A stretch of 64,000 bases of DNA from assembly GCA_951406725.2 (NCBI GenBank), contig OX597817.1, positions 133,672,001-133,736,000 on the forward strand, written 5' to 3'. Position 1 is the stretch's first letter. Every line of letters begins with the position of its first letter. A program made the translations under genes and the position numbers. Shown piece after piece: positions 39,035 to 53,332 of this stretch. The notes below the pieces were generated by a model. The model saw only the letters and a program-made list of their open reading frames with translations, made no database searches and had not been told where the DNA came from. The stretch comes from Octopus vulgaris (lineage: Eukaryota).

Positions 39035-41623
39035 CTATATATCTGACTGGGCCTGATGAAGCCTCCTGGCTTCACAGACCCCAGTTAAACCGTCCAACCC
39101 ATGCTAGCATGGAAAACGGACGCTAAATGATGATGATGATGATGATATATATATATATAAAACACACATGAGTACATATATTAAAAACGTTCTTTATTTT
39201 TTCACATGTTTCAATCATTTGACTGTGTTCATCTTGGGATATACTACCTTCAAGACCTAACTATATTTAAAATAATCATTCTGGAATTATTTAACAAGTG
39301 CTTGCAATGTGGACAAGAAACTCTAAAGATATCATATTTAGGTCTTTGGTGATACCATATTTATCATAATAATAATGGTTTCTAATTTTAGCACAAGCCC
39401 AACAATTTTGAGGGAAGAGGTTAGTCAATCACAATATTTGACTGGTACTTTATTTCATTGAACTGGGAGGGATAAAATTTAATGTTGACCTTGACAGGGT
39501 TTGAACTAAGAATACAAAATGCAGGATAAAAAAACTGCAAGGCATTTTGTCTGATACCAACAGCAATAACCATGTTTTCTTATTTAGGCACAACCTAACC
39601 ATTTTGATTGGAGGAGTTTGCCAATACCAGTATTCAACTGGTACTTTATTTTATCCATCCCAGAGTTATGAAAGGCAAAGTTGACCTCAGCAGGAATTGA
39701 TTTCAGAATGTAAAGAGTCAGAATAAATATCACACTGATACTCTAAAGATTCTTCTAATCTACCACCCTGTTGATGATGATGATTATAATGGTGTGTGTG
39801 TGTGTTTGTTTACATCTATAATCACTTTGTGCCTTTGAAACCATGTGGAAAAGGAAATCCCTACTTAAGAAACTGGTATGGGTTTGTGTCAAGAAGGACA
39901 TCTGGTGGCTGTAAAGCATCTGATGTTTCAAATGGCATTTTTGTCTAACCCATGCAAGTCTGAAAAATTGAACAAAAAACGTGAACAAACAAAAAAGTCA
40001 GCAACAGCTGTGTTTTTACATTCCCATTGCTATGCTGGTATGAGTTGGGTGGTTTCACTGAAGCATTGTTTTGAAAACAGTGACCTTCCAGTCACCTATT
40101 ACAACACACAGATACAGAGGCTCCTTAAACTGGGATATGCTATATATGTCTCAGTTTTAGAAGAGACACACCATATTCTTGTGTATTGTAAAAGAAAGCT
40201 AAAAGGGTTACCAAGACAGTTTGTAGTAAAGTGCAGTCTTTGAAAGTAACTCAAAGACTTGCATCGGAGATAAAATAAAACTGCTGCCCAATGACCTACA
40301 CATGCCTTCCTAAAAAGGTTGGATTGATGCTCATGTGATTGTTGTGCATCTTGGAAAGCTGCCTATAGACATCTGCAGAAAAGGGGAATTCCATAACATT
40401 GACATTATGGTGAAAGAGACACAAAGTAGTTGGCAAAAGGTGTGAAGAAAAGTAATATGAATGAGCTTAGATGGAAACTTGACCCAACAAACTGTCTCTG
40501 AAAAGTAGAGGACATTGTAGTTATGGTAGAAAAGACACAAGTCAGGAGTTTCTAGGCTAGAGATTGTACATTATTGTGAAATAAATGGCCAAAGACTAAA
40601 TGTCAGCTATGTAAATTAATTTCAAAAATAAATCTCCCCATTCTTAAACAAATAAATACCTATTTATTAGAATTTGTTTACCAAATTAGGAGAGCTGTGG
40701 TCATGTTCACCACCATTTGTCAGTGGATGTTGGTGTTTTGCTCAAGGTCAGCTCTGATTAAGTAGTTTTATGATCAAAGCTGTTCCAGTCTTGACTTCAG
40801 AAAGTGAAAGCCTTTGCTGAAAAGTAAATTCTCCATTAAGGGTTATGAATTATTTTCATTTTATTGAATTATGTAAATATTTAGAGTTGTAAAATGATGC
40901 CTTTTCTCATTGTTTATGGTTGTGTTTGAGGAAAAAAATAAAAGATCTGGCAGAAAATTAGAGAAGGAAGTCTTGTTGGATTAGAAATATGAAATTGATG
41001 ATTTAGGTCAGACTTGAGCTTTTAGATTTTAGGGTGTTGCAGGAAATCAGAGGAAGGAAGACAGGAAGTCAAGATAAACTAAAACAAGCATTGAATAAAG
41101 AAGAAAAAAATGCCTATTAACATTAGGTGGAATGTATGATATACAAATTTGCAGATAAGAAAAATATTTAAAATAGCATATTATTATAATGGTGTATTTA
41201 TTCTCTACCTGGAAACCTCCCTAAAGAGGTACATGAGGAAAAGCAATCTAATACTGACAAGCAGAAGAAAAACAAAGTAAAAAAGAAAGACAGGAAGGAA
41301 GAAATAAAGAAAGAAAGAAAGAAAAAAAGAAGAAAGAAATGTCTAAAATTTATAAACGAGAATCTGGAGATACAAAAATATGAAAAACTAGAAGAAATAC
41401 CAAACTTTCTAATCTAAAACAACTACCAACCCTATTTGAAACTATTTCTGTGTATATTAGTTTTAAAATTCCTCCTCCTATCTCTATTTCTCTCAATTTA
41501 TGGCTTGACTTCATTCTGGCAACAAGTTCTTAAAGAATTCCTGATATGTAGTCAGTTTTCAAAGTAATTATCATTTGTTGTTCAAAGTTGCTGAGAGCTT
41601 GTACAGTGAGTAGAAAACTTGAA

Positions 41624-41820
41624 CCCTTTCATTTCTGTTGAGATGCTCTGTGTTTCTCTCGGTTATTTTAAATACAACAAAGATTTGAGTAAGATAACTT
41701 AGTTATCTTTAAGCTAGTGTTAGGAACATAAATTGTGACTAAGGTTTGGTGGAAGATTTTAATTCAAACCTTATGAGAACAAGACATTTGTACTCAGAGC
41801 CAGATTTGGTAACGAAAGGG
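41624..41820. mobile_element. piggyBac-like MITE
   Basis: TGAA|CCCTTTC ... GAAAGGG|TTAA: CCC/GGG termini and a TTAA target site (left copy mutated). Confidence 0.6.
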
Positions 41821-42070
41821 TTAAAATGACAATCTTGTGGCTTTATTGTTCTAACTTCAAATCCAGTGGATCATTTTTCTCTCTCTCTCTCTTTTTTTTT
41901 TTGTTTTTAAACCAGGGACCAGCTCAGCCTGATTCATGCCTCTCAGTAGACTATTAATGTTTTACATAATTAATGTGTCTATCCACTCCACCTAATGTAC
42001 TGAATTCTTCATCAGACATTTACACTATGTATATTTTAATATGATTCACAACTTTTACATTACAATATGT

Positions 42071-42363
42071 GAAGGTGCATCGCCTGGTGGTTAGGGTGTA
42101 GCATTCATGATCTAGCATTTGTGGGTTCAATTCTAGGACCAAGCAGTGCATTGTATTCTTGAACAAAATAACTTCATTTTACATTGTTCTAGTCCACTCA
42201 GCTGTGAATGGGTCACCCCTGTGATGGAAATGTCTTCTGATCATGGGGAAAGGTTGGCCTGCATGCCTAGCCAGTGAGTAGGCAGCATTTGAAAGCTAGA
42301 ATAATGCAAAACACATTGTTACCTGTGATATACAACATCTCATAGCGTGGTCAGTCATGTGAT
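42071..42363 (+). mobile_element. tRNA-derived SINE family E
   Basis: A/B-box head; colinear with 19410-19708. Confidence 0.75.
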
Positions 42364-42748
42364 TACATTGCAATATGTACAAGTGTGTGTGTGTGTGTGT
42401 GTGTGCATGTGTACACATACATACGTATATGGATAAACAGACAGTGACAGATGGTAAATACAATAAACATTTCAAAAGGAAGAACAAAGTTTGACAAATA
42501 GGGTATTAGCCAAATGCTTTCATGGGAAAGGGGAAAATGTTGCAACATTTCAGATGGTAGTTCTTCATCAGAAGGAGTGAGAAAGAGAAAGTCAGTGAAA
42601 AAAAGGGAAAAGAATGAAGGGTGGGAATACTGTTTTTTGTAGGGGAGTATTAAGGAAGGAAGAAGGGACAGGTGTGTTAATGTTTGGTATCAGACACAAG
42701 ATGGAGTTGTGTGTGTCTCTGATAATACAACATATGTGTGTGTGTCTA

Positions 42749-43331
42749 TAGGCACAGATGTGGCTGTGTGGTAAGAAAATTGCTTCCCGAGCACATGGTT
42801 CTGGGTTCAGACCCACTGCATGTTATCTTGGGTAAGTGTCTTCTGCTATAGCCTCAGGTTTTCCCTTTGTGCCTACGTTTGTCACCCACCACCACTTGAC
42901 AGCCGATGCTGGTTTGTTTATATCTCCGTAACTTAGAGGTTTGGCAAAACAGACTGATAGAATAAGCATCAAGCTTAAAAGAAAATAAATCCTGAAGTCT
43001 ATTCATTTGACTGAGAAAAATCTTCAAGGTGGTGCTCCAGCATGGCCACAGTCTAAACGCACCCAGCCCACACTGTAAAGAGGTTGGTGTTCAGAAGAGC
43101 ATCTCGCTGTAAAAACCTTGCCAAAACTGACCTCGCCTGTGCTTGTGCCATGTAAAAAGCACAAAGTTTACTCTGCTGAGTGGTTGATGTTAGGAAGGGC
43201 ACCCAGCTGTAAAAATCCTGCCAAAACAGTTACAGAAGTCTGGTGCAGGCTTCTGCACCAGACTGGCTGGTTCTTGTGAAAACATCCCACCCATACTAGC
43301 ATGGAAGGCAAACATTAAACAACGACGACGA
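42749..43331 (+). mobile_element. SINE family B followed directly by SINE family C
   Basis: Family B at 42749-43055; family C at 43058-43331 with a duplicated AGTGGTTG..TTAGGAAGGGCA block. Confidence 0.8.
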
Positions 43332-43748
43332 AAAGAGTGGACGGGGAAGAGAGGAAAGTAGCAATAGAAGTAATATGTAAGTGGAGAGGGTGTTGGTAAG
43401 CTAAAGAGTGAGTAGTGGTCAAACAGAGGACAGGTGGAGTTGGGGACTGTCGACTAAAACAAGGAGTACTGAATACTTTGAAGTCTTTTCTAAGTTTATG
43501 TTACTTTATGTTTGAATCTTGCTGGAGTGGATTTTACTTTACATTCTTCCAAACTTGATGAACTTAAATACCATTCAGCTATTTGGATCAGTTGCATTGA
43601 CTATACTCCTCTCTTTGAGATTAAGGAAAAAAAACTACTTTGTTATTTAACCCCAGGTCAGTCAGGATTAAACAAACCTATAATTACATCTATTTTGTCC
43701 ATGACTATTCTATATATGTAGGGGTATCTAAAAGTACATCATCTAATG

Positions 43749-43942
43749 CAGTGGTTCTGAACCTATGCCCCCTTCTGATTCCCCTGCTGGGCCCCCATAG
43801 CCATTCAATGTTTGAAAAATATTATTATATTTTTGTCATTAAATATTATTAGAAATCATATATGTATTGTAAAATATAACCAGTTTATTTGACATAAATT
43901 TTAACAACAAAATCATATATGGACCCTGGTTGAGAGCCACTG
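43749..43942. mobile_element. hAT (Charlie-like) MITE
   Basis: TIRs CAGTGGTTCTGAAC and GTTGAGAGCCACTG; TSD ATCTAATG / ATCTAGTG; internal similarity to 22821-23080. Confidence 0.88.
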
Positions 43943-45638
43943 ATCTAGTGCACACTTTAGACAGTAGGTGTGATACAAAAACTATTTGGCTGCTATTTCT
44001 AACAGGTCAAATGACTGCATAAATGCTCATCTGTTAATTCATATAATTAAAGTTTGCTGCTGTTTTAGGTTATTGTAGTGCACTGTCAAGTTCATAACCA
44101 TCAACGAAGAATAGGATTAATTCCCAGCTGGAGCACTTCACTGCACTTGTATTTTCACATCTTCACATACTCTTCTCCCCACAAAACAATGTCTTATTTT
44201 TTTTCATTATTCCCAAGCTAAGAATTTATAACTGTGTAACAAATTCTTACTATTATTGTTGTTGTTGTTGTCAGTGGAGAGAAGCAAAGTGGGATGTGTT
44301 GGTTTATGTGTATTACATAGAGACATTATGATGTTTAAATCATACAATGGGAAAGACAGTGCAAAATGTAGACAGTGGTGGGTGCTGGAAGGTTGAACCA
44401 TTTGGTTTCCATGGTACTGAGGTCATTATATCGACTCCTCTATTCAGGCAAATTATACCATTTGCATAACAGAGAGACACAACAACATAAAATCTGCTTA
44501 GGACATGAGCTTAGCTAGAATGTCTCACTGATTATGGGTCCCAAGTGTGGTGGTGGTGGTGATAGTGGTGGAGACTGCAATAGTTATGTTAGTTGAGAGC
44601 GGTGTTGGTTGGCAATGTGATTCTCTGTTCAACCATAAATTTTCTAACACACAGCCAACCCAACCAAGAATATCTTCCTTTTCTCTTCTCCCCTCAACCT
44701 CTACCCAAGTCGAAATAATAACCATATATATCAACATTGAAAGATTATTACTGCATCCCTGGAAACACCGTTTTTGGCAAAGTGAACATCTTCCATAGAA
44801 TCAGAGAGAGACGGAGAGATACAAGAGATGATCAAATTTTATTGTAAACAGCAATCTTAGATACACTCTGGAACGTTGCTCATTAAAATATTTTTCATGG
44901 CAATAATGAAAATATTGGAAATTCTTCCAGACAGAATAACACTTAAATACGGAGGCCAGAGTGAATTGCTGCAATATTTTTACAACCAAGCAACATTTAA
45001 AGAGCGTGCAGTGAATAGATTATGTGAATTTCAAGAGCTAGTTTCTTGGTGTCACTAGCTGGGGTTGTTTAGTGGTTTAGTGGCTGCAGATAGTTCTGGC
45101 TGTGGGTTGGTGGTTTAGAGGTACTGGTTTAGAAGTAGTTACACTGGTGCAGGCAGTGTAACTAGTGATTCAGTGGTTATGGTGTTGGGTACTAGAGCAG
45201 AATGGAGAGAAAGGATAGAAATTACAAAGAAATTATGTAACAGGCAGATGCACGATGGGCAATTATAACATAAATGTTTGACAGAGAGAGAGAGAGAGAG
45301 AAATTAGAAGTTGTAATATATGTGATGACAAAGAAATTGAGTTCATTCTTTGTTGGAGATAATTTTGCTTTTGCCCCCATCTCTCGCTCTCTCTCTCCCT
45401 CTCTTGCTTTGTTTGCCTTTTTATTATGCTTCTTCTGCCTTCTGTTTAACAATCTTGTGCTTTATTGCTTTCTCTTTCTTGCTCCTCATCCTCTTCTTTT
45501 CTTTCATTTCATGCAAAATGATGTCCAATAGGTGGATACATTTTGGCAAGAAGTAGGGAGATATAGGGGAAGGGATTGTGTCAACTAGAGATGTGTGATA
45601 AAAGAGAGATATGATAATGGAGTCAGAACCAGTAAAAA

Positions 45639-46119
45639 CAGTACTTCTCAGAATATATAGTACCCACTCATCCACCCCAGTCCAGGGGGAAGAAATTTAT
45701 ATAAGTATTGAGATCAAAAGGATTGACAATGGTAGTGGCGGCCGGTGATAGATTTATCTGCACACTGTTTTAATGTTTTTTTACCCTTTAAACTTTAAAA
45801 AATATTAAATGAAATATTTTGATAAACTGCGTTTTTGTCACAATTACATCAACAACCATATCAATAATAACAAACTTTGAATATGAATAAGTAAATAAAG
45901 AAAACCAATTATACACTGCTTATGCATTTAAATTATAAACAATAAACTTAAGTATAATTTAAACGACATTGTCAAAATCTGTGGATATTTCCATGCATCT
46001 AAGACAGCCACTGCACCTGTAGACGTGGTGTATTCAGTTTTGCTAAATGATAGCAAGTGGGTATTGAAAAACTGTTGGCGTAAGAAAGTGGGTGATAGAG
46101 AAAAGTTTGAGAAGCACTG
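45639..46119. mobile_element. Possible hAT MITE
   Basis: Left CAGTACTTCTCAGA versus right-end reverse complement CAGTGCTTCTCAAA; TSD not convincing. Confidence 0.45.
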
Positions 46120-46801
46120 CAACAAAAGATCAGAACTTTTACTGCTTTTGGATGGAAGAACTGTAGAACCAGTTACTTGGTTTGACACCACCTGTTGCTC
46201 CTTGAGTATCTTTAATGGGCTACACTGTAAGCATTCATTCATTAGCTAGGTTTCACTCTAACGGTAATTTTCACCAATCCTTGAGGCCCTAGAAAAGGCT
46301 GTGGTCTGTTATCTGTAACATTGTAATGGTAACACAAGATGATGGCTTAGTAACCTAGTGCAGATAATGCAAGAGGTTCTGTACCTATGATGATGATAAT
46401 GGTGGTGGTGGTGGTGGTGGTAATGACAGCAACAACGATGGTGATATTGACCAATATTCCAGCAGTTTCAACAAAGACCATTCAGCTATTTAATCGACTG
46501 ACCTACCTACTTGTTATTCTAAGTGGCTCATTATTCTTGAGACACATACTTTTAACGCGACTCTCAGAGAGAACCAGTATGATATGGTCTGTTAGAAGGT
46601 TGAACCAATTAATTACAGGTAAGACACTACACCATCCCATCCAGTGGGCTTCTCACAAAGTTTTTGTTAACCTTATTTCACTCTCAGGGCCTTACATCAA
46701 CCCAAATCTGTGTGCCCAAGTCAGAATATGGAATTGAACCCCAGCCCATATGATTTCAAAAAATGTTACCATTTAGCCATGCCTTCCTTTGTTCAGTTTA
46801 A

Positions 46802-47087
46802 CACTGGCCCTCATGCTGGTGGCACATAAAAGGCACCCACTACACTGTCAGAGTGGTTGGCGTTAGGAAGGTCATCCAGCTGTAGAAACTTTGCCAGATC
46901 AGATTGGAGCCTGGTGCAGCCTTCTGGCTTGCCAGCCCTCACTCAAACTGTCCAACACATGCCAGCATGGAAAGCGGACATCAAATGATGATGATGATGA
47001 TGATGGTGATGGTGATGGGGATGATGATGATGGTGGTGGTTTTGAGGATGATGATGATGATAATGGTGATGGTGGTGATGATGATGA
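46802..47087 (+). mobile_element. SINE family C with expanded (GAT/GGT)n tail
   Basis: Colinear with the 12512 copy. Confidence 0.82.
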
Positions 47088-48117
47088 CAGAATATATGTT
47101 TCTAATATTCTTTTAAAACTGCTATTACTTTGTTTCCTCTCATCATCACCAGCATCATCTTTTGGTATCATCAACCTTTGTCTTTTGATATTTTGATATT
47201 CCTTTGTTTTTCTTCTCTTTGTCACTCATGCATATCTTGGTCAAATTGTATAAGCTGCTTCACTCATTTATCAAAATCCATGCAATACTAAGATGATAGC
47301 TGATCAGAATGCAGGAGAAGGATAGGGATTTCTGTACTACATTTTCTGTTTCTTCCTCCTCCTCCTTTTCCCCATCACCCACCAACATCAACACCATGTA
47401 TGTATGTTTTCTTGTGTGAATGTGTTGCATAGTCCTGTTAATGCAGCTGTTATGGTGGCATTTAATGGTTCAGAGCATGTTGGATTGGAACTGGGGAATG
47501 TCTTGTTATCTTTGAATACACATGATTCTAGTGACCTCTGCTGAAGATGGTGCTTTCTACAGAAACAACAACAACAACAGCAGCAGTTGTTGTTACACCA
47601 ATCAGAATGAATGTAGTTCAGTATTGTGCTGAAGCAGAGACATTGCTCTTTAGGACAGCTCTTGATTCAGCAAAAGCATGATTAAAAGAGTTCCAATCAT
47701 GACCAACTTGCCTTAGTTTTCTAGTAGTTTGCATCTAGATCCACATTATTCAATATGTTTGGCTCTGTGATCTAATTTCAGTCCTGTTGTGGCCTTCATG
47801 AATGGTAGACCCTAATTTGCCATCCATTTTTATACTACTACTTGGCCCCTTGGGTATCTTTAGTGGAGTCCACCTTGTTGTAAGTATTTATGACAGATTT
47901 TCTGTTTGAGCATATTTTCCTCCTTCTTTCCCACCTGTCTTGGGATCCCTGAAATAGTCATGGGCAATGCCTTCTTTCTTGACTTAAAAATATTAAAAAA
48001 AAATAAATGTATTGGGGTCGGTTTAATCAGCCTCCCCTCAAAAAATTATCAGCTTTGAGGCTAAATTAGAAACAGTTATTGTTATTATTATTACTATTAT
48101 TATTATTATTATCATTA

Positions 48118-48610
48118 CTGAGTGAGAGAGCAGAGCATGCCATCAAAGTGACACTGGGGTATAATTATACAAAGTTCAATATACCCATCATGACTACCCA
48201 TCTGATAAGGGTACATGAGGCACATGCATCACAACCATATGTGCGTGCAGCATAGTGATCTCATATCAAGATAAATAGCACATGACCTTGCAGGTGGGAC
48301 CTAGTTAGAATTTTCTTCAGGTCGAGTAGCCCATTCTACTCAAAAGGTCTCTGAATAATGTTTGTTTAAAGATGATGAACAAAACACCCGTGTTTCCAGA
48401 GGTGAATTATCCAAACCCCAAAGAATCCCTCTCAACACATAACTATAATGCTCCTCACTACTTCTGCTCGTGATCAGAGATGCACATATCGTCAGCCACC
48501 AAGGGACATTGTCAGCTGGTTAAGGTCAAACAAGTGACAAGCAAATCTGTAGTATTGAGCAGGATATTTGCTGTGGCCCATTTTTTTATAGCATGACAAA
48601 ACAATGTACA
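48118..48610 (-). mobile_element. Unclassified interspersed repeat ending in (TAA)n, probable retroelement 3' UTR
   Basis: Non-coding, moderately GC-rich block that terminates at a TAA tract on the minus strand and abuts a truncated family A SINE. Only one copy in the window. Confidence 0.45.
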
Positions 48611-49283
48611 TTTCGTCTGTCTTTATTTTCTGAGTTCAAATTCTGTCAAGATCGACTTTGCCTTTCATCCTTTCGGGGGTCAATAAATAAAGTACCAGCT
48701 GTGTACTGGGGTTGACCTATTCAACTGGCCCCCCCCTTCCCCAAATTGCAGGCCTTGTGCCTATAGTAGAAAGGATTATTATTAATATTATTGTGTCCTC
48801 ATTATTGTTTTAGATGATCTGTTCCAAGCCTCACCCAGGCACCTCAAGAAACAGCGTTACATGTTTTGCAGAGAGTTTTTTTTATAAGTAATAATAATAT
48901 CATCATCATCATCAATAACAAGGCAGCAAGCTGGCAGAATCATTACTGTACCAGACAAAATACTTTGCAGCATTCCTTGTAGTATTACATTCTGGATTCA
49001 AATTCAGCTGAGATTAACTGTCCTTTCATCATTTTGTAGGAGGGGGGGGTCAATAAAATACAGAGATTGGTGTAACTGACCACACCCCTCTCTAAAATAT
49101 CAAGCATTGAGCCTCAATATTGGACAAAATGCTTAGTAGCAATATTTTGACATTTTACATTCTGAGTTCAAATACCACTTGCCTTTCATTCTTATGAGGT
49201 TGATAATACAAAGAACCAATCAAGTTGATGTAATTGACCTACTCTCTCCACAAAGATTGCTGGCCTTGTGCCAAAATTAGAAA
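48611..49283 (+). mobile_element. Cluster of three SINE family A copies or fragments
   Basis: About 48611-48775, 48920-49115 and 49120-49283. Confidence 0.75.
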
Positions 49284-49391
49284 TTGTTGTTATGATTGTT
49301 ATTGTTATTATTATTATCATCATCATCATTATTACCATTATTGTTATCATCAACATCGTCATTATTATCATTATTATTATCATCATCATCA

Positions 49392-49696
49392 TCTCTTTAT
49401 CGCAGATTTTGTTGGAGCTCCTAGAGTCCTGCATGCATAGTGGTCTTACTACCCGCAGCCTATGGTACCATGCTATTCGTTCTTTTCAGCTCCCTAATAC
49501 TTTCCTGATTATTCTGGCCATGGCAAGGAGGCAAACCTTTTGTAACAGTTTTACTGGGCACTCGATTTCAATTTCCTTTATATTCCCCTCGATCCCAAGT
49601 ACCCAGCAATAATTGGCACTATCTTCACCTTCTTCAGTTTCCATAGCCAGGCTATTTCATACTTAAGAGGGTTGTCTCTATCTATCTTTCTGCCAT
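49392..49696 (-). pseudogene. R4/Dong-clade LINE 3' fragment
   Basis: Minus strand RKIDRDNPLKYEIAWLWKLKKVKIVPIIAGYLG/..LLQKVCLLAMARIIRKVLGS*, homologous to the 32880 fragment; TAA-type repeats on both sides. Confidence 0.85.
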
Positions 49697-49719
49697 ATTA
49701 TTATTATTTATTATTTATA

Positions 49720-49760
<41 letters not shown>

Positions 49761-49779
49761 CATTATTACTACTGCTACT

Positions 49780-49813
<34 letters not shown>

Positions 49814-50278
49814 CCATCATCACCATCACCATCACTATTATCATTATTAAGTTTGTTAGCAGAGACTGACAGTATAAATAGTTCACAAAGTGCAAGCCTA
49901 AATTATAGAATAAGCTGTCTACATCATTGTGCCTGAAGCAGATTTTTAAAACATTTACAAATAAACATCTCTTATGGATAAACACTTCTAAATATAAACT
50001 TTTCATATTGCCATTGTCTTATTTTCTTTGTTTGATGCAGACCATCTCTAGTTTCCTTGGTTCAGCCAGATGCCAAACATAATAACCTTCTGTTTCAGCC
50101 AGACTCTAACTGTAATAACCTTCTTAGCCTCTTGTACATTAACTATTTGGCTACTTGAGATTACTGACATGTTAGTTCTAAGTGTTCCTTGTCTTCATGT
50201 TTGATCTCTGTACATGTTATCATTAAATGATGGCTTCTTATACAAAGACACATATTTGAGAGGAGGGGTGCAGTGGAT

Positions 50279-50772
50279 ATTACGTTAAAGATGAAAGGAA
50301 GGGTATAAAAGAGTTGTGTGAGAGAGGCAATACTGTATGGGAGTGAGACATGGTGTCTGTGGGAGAGAAAGAGATGGTACTTTTGAGGACTGAGAGAGCA
50401 GTGGTGAGAGAAATGTGTGGTGTGAGGCTGTTTGATAAGAGGAGGACTGAGGATTTGATGGGGATGCTGGGGCTGGAGGAATCGGTGGAATGGTTGGCAA
50501 GGGCGAATGGAATGAGGTGGTATGGGCATGTGTTGAGGAGAGATGAAGGGCATGTTCTGAGAAGGGTGATTGCGTTTGAGGTAAATAGAGCGTGAAAGCG
50601 AGGAAAAGGTGGAGGAAGAGATTGGGAGGGTTGGTTTGAAAAAGGAGAGTGCCCAAACTGGGCAAGTTGGTGAGATGGTGTGAGGGCAGTTGCTATGGTT
50701 TTGAGGTAGATCCGACCACCCCTATTAATGGGGACAAAACCTGGATTTAAAACACTGGATGACTGACTGACT
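50279..50772 (+). pseudogene. RTE-clade LINE 3' end
   Basis: LKMKGRV*KSCVREAILYGSETW/..RTERAVVREMCGVRLFDKRRTEDL..MRWYGHVLRRDEGHVLRR. LYGSETW and RWYGHV are RTE motifs; (GACT)n tail. Confidence 0.92.
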
Positions 50773-51070
50773 GGTATTTTATCAACTGTGGAACCATAAA
50801 GAGCAAAGTCTGCTTTAAGTGAATTATGATTTTTAACATTAGTACAATACCACAGATTTATTTATCCTTTGATGAGAACATAGTCTATTAAAACATTCTC
50901 AGGATGTGACTGGTACTTTTGTTTTTAATCAACCCAGAGGAATGAAAGGCAAAATTTAACATTAGCAGCATTTGAACTCAAAACATAAGAAGACATACAC
51001 GCTACGAAATGTTTTGTGAACCTCTCTGTTGATTCTCAGCCAGTCCACCATCTGTAACAACAACAACAAC

Positions 51071-51101
<31 letters not shown>

Positions 51102-51103
<2 letters not shown>

Positions 51104-51300
51104 CCTTTGCATGAAATTTTGGTGGGAGGGGGCTAGTCAATTACAATGACTCCATTGCATAACTGGTACTAATTTTATCAACCCTGAAAGGATGACATGC
51201 AAAGTTGACCTTGGCAGAATTTGAGCTCAAAATGTGAAGACGGACAAAATACGACTAAGCATTTTGCTCAATGTGCTAACGATTCTACAATCTTGCCACT
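51102..51300 (-). mobile_element. SINE family A in (TAA)n
   Basis: Colinear with other copies. Confidence 0.8.
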
Positions 51301-51629
51301 TTAATAATAATAATTTTTTTTTATTTATTTTCCACAAGGGCAGAACACAAAACAAAACGGGACAATAGAACACAGGAGACAAGTGAGCCCTAGTGCAAAA
51401 ATTTGTGTATAAAAATAAAATAATAGCAATTAACAACAACATTTCAACAATAAAATTCCCCAAAAGTGGAGAGTTCCACCCAAGAACAACCAAGGAACCC
51501 CATGCATCCTGGTTACTCCTGCTACCTGGAGCACCTCAGCAGATACTGGTCTCCTTCACAACTCCTCTGATTTACAAGCATATGTTCAGAGTTAGTCCAT
51601 CCAAACAGGCAATGATAATGAGGATGATG

Positions 51630-51660
<31 letters not shown>

Positions 51661-52133
51661 GAGCTTAAGAATGTTAAACAAACCACCCATGGTTTCTCTC
51701 TCAATAATAATAATATGAAGAAATTATGTAATGTTATAGACATGGCATGTCCATGTGTTATCTGAATAGGAAAAAAGGAAAAAGGGACATATATTAGCTT
51801 GAAGTATGAAATCTCCAAGTACTGGAACAAGGTCATGACCCTGTGGTCCTGTCAATTATTGATGGGGTCTTGAGAACAGTGATAAAGGATTGGAGAATAA
51901 ACCTTTGAAAGACTTGCATTATTCTGTTTAGGGTGGGAGCATGCAGGAAACATGTCTACTTGATTCAGCAAGAATTCTCTGGAAAGTCCTCAATATAAAA
52001 TAAGAATAGATACGAAGAACAGAAAAAAAAAATTATGTAGGTGGTGCTAAATGTTTCTCATCCTAGACCACAAGTCATGGTTCAATAGGAAGAATAATTA
52101 AACTGGGCATAACACCAAAATCAGGAAGCAACA

Positions 52134-52134
<1 letters not shown>
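51661..52134 (+). pseudogene. R4/Dong-clade LINE 3' fragment
   Basis: LCNVIDMACP..YISLKYEISKYW..IIDGVLRTV..MQETCLLDSARILWKVLNIK*; bracketed by (TAA)n at 51612-51660 and 52135-52285. Confidence 0.8.
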
Positions 52135-52196
<62 letters not shown>

Positions 52197-53300
52197 TAAT
52201 AATAATAATAGCAATAATAATAATAATAATAACAATAATAATAATAACAATAATAATAATAATAATAATAAAAATAATAATAATCAAATAAACAAAGCTT
52301 CTGGAGAGATTGACTCTGCTGCAGAGTTTATATAGATTACATTGTAAGGTTCTTCCATGTATCTCCTGTGTTTATTCACAGATGTTTTTGGGGGTCTAAA
52401 GAAAATTCTAATTCTTTATACTACCAAATGTTTCAAACATTCTTGGCATGTGTATACACACACACACACACTCATGTATGTATGTATACATGCAGTGTTA
52501 AAGTTAGTGGTAAGTGTAGCTTACGGCTACACTCCCTTTCTCACACAAATACACACACACACACACACACCTGCTCACAGATATCAGTAAAATATATGCT
52601 GACATATGCATTGATGTGTACAAACACACACACTGATAAAATCATGCAGGCAAACATACCATACAAGACACACTTGCGCCCACACACATACCATACAAAC
52701 AAAAGCCTACCTTTGTGTGTGTATGTGTGTGTGTGTGTGTGCGTGCAGAGAGATATACGCATGCAGATCCAGACAAAAATATTTACACATACACATATAT
52801 GTATGAAAATACCTAACCCTAAGATACATGCACATACACATGGCAGTCTTAGATTCTTTTTATTGATTCAGGTACCAAAGGGAAACACCCACTAAGACTT
52901 GTGTCTTGTGTTTTGACCTTTACATTTCCAGTTAGATCAGTGTTTATCTTGATAACTTCAACAGCCAGCTCCAGGCAGTTTAGTCAGATTTTTCAACAGA
53001 TTGATAAAGAACATTGTTGTTCCTTGATGTTTTTTCCTTTACACATACATATGTATACATATATGCATATACTTGTATGTATATATGTATGTATTCTGCA
53101 CTTTACTATCTGAATGCAGAGTGCAAGCTATAGTACCCTACCCTGCATCAAAATTACTTTTTAGCAGACAGACTTATATGCAATGATTAAGATACAACCT
53201 CGACACCCCAGTCTAGGTTCTGCTTACCAAATGTTTCCAAACACCTGTAGTATTCTTGTTTACTTCTCAGAAGACAGTTGGGGTGGCACAGAAACTATAA

Positions 53301-53332
<32 letters not shown>

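Noticed and set aside
50161-50665. Two long minus-strand ORFs
   Set aside because: Antisense shadows of the purine-rich RTE fragment.
52368-52895. Longest ORF (175 aa)
   Set aside because: Decayed CA/TA-rich low-complexity sequence (H/T/Y/C bias), no domain.
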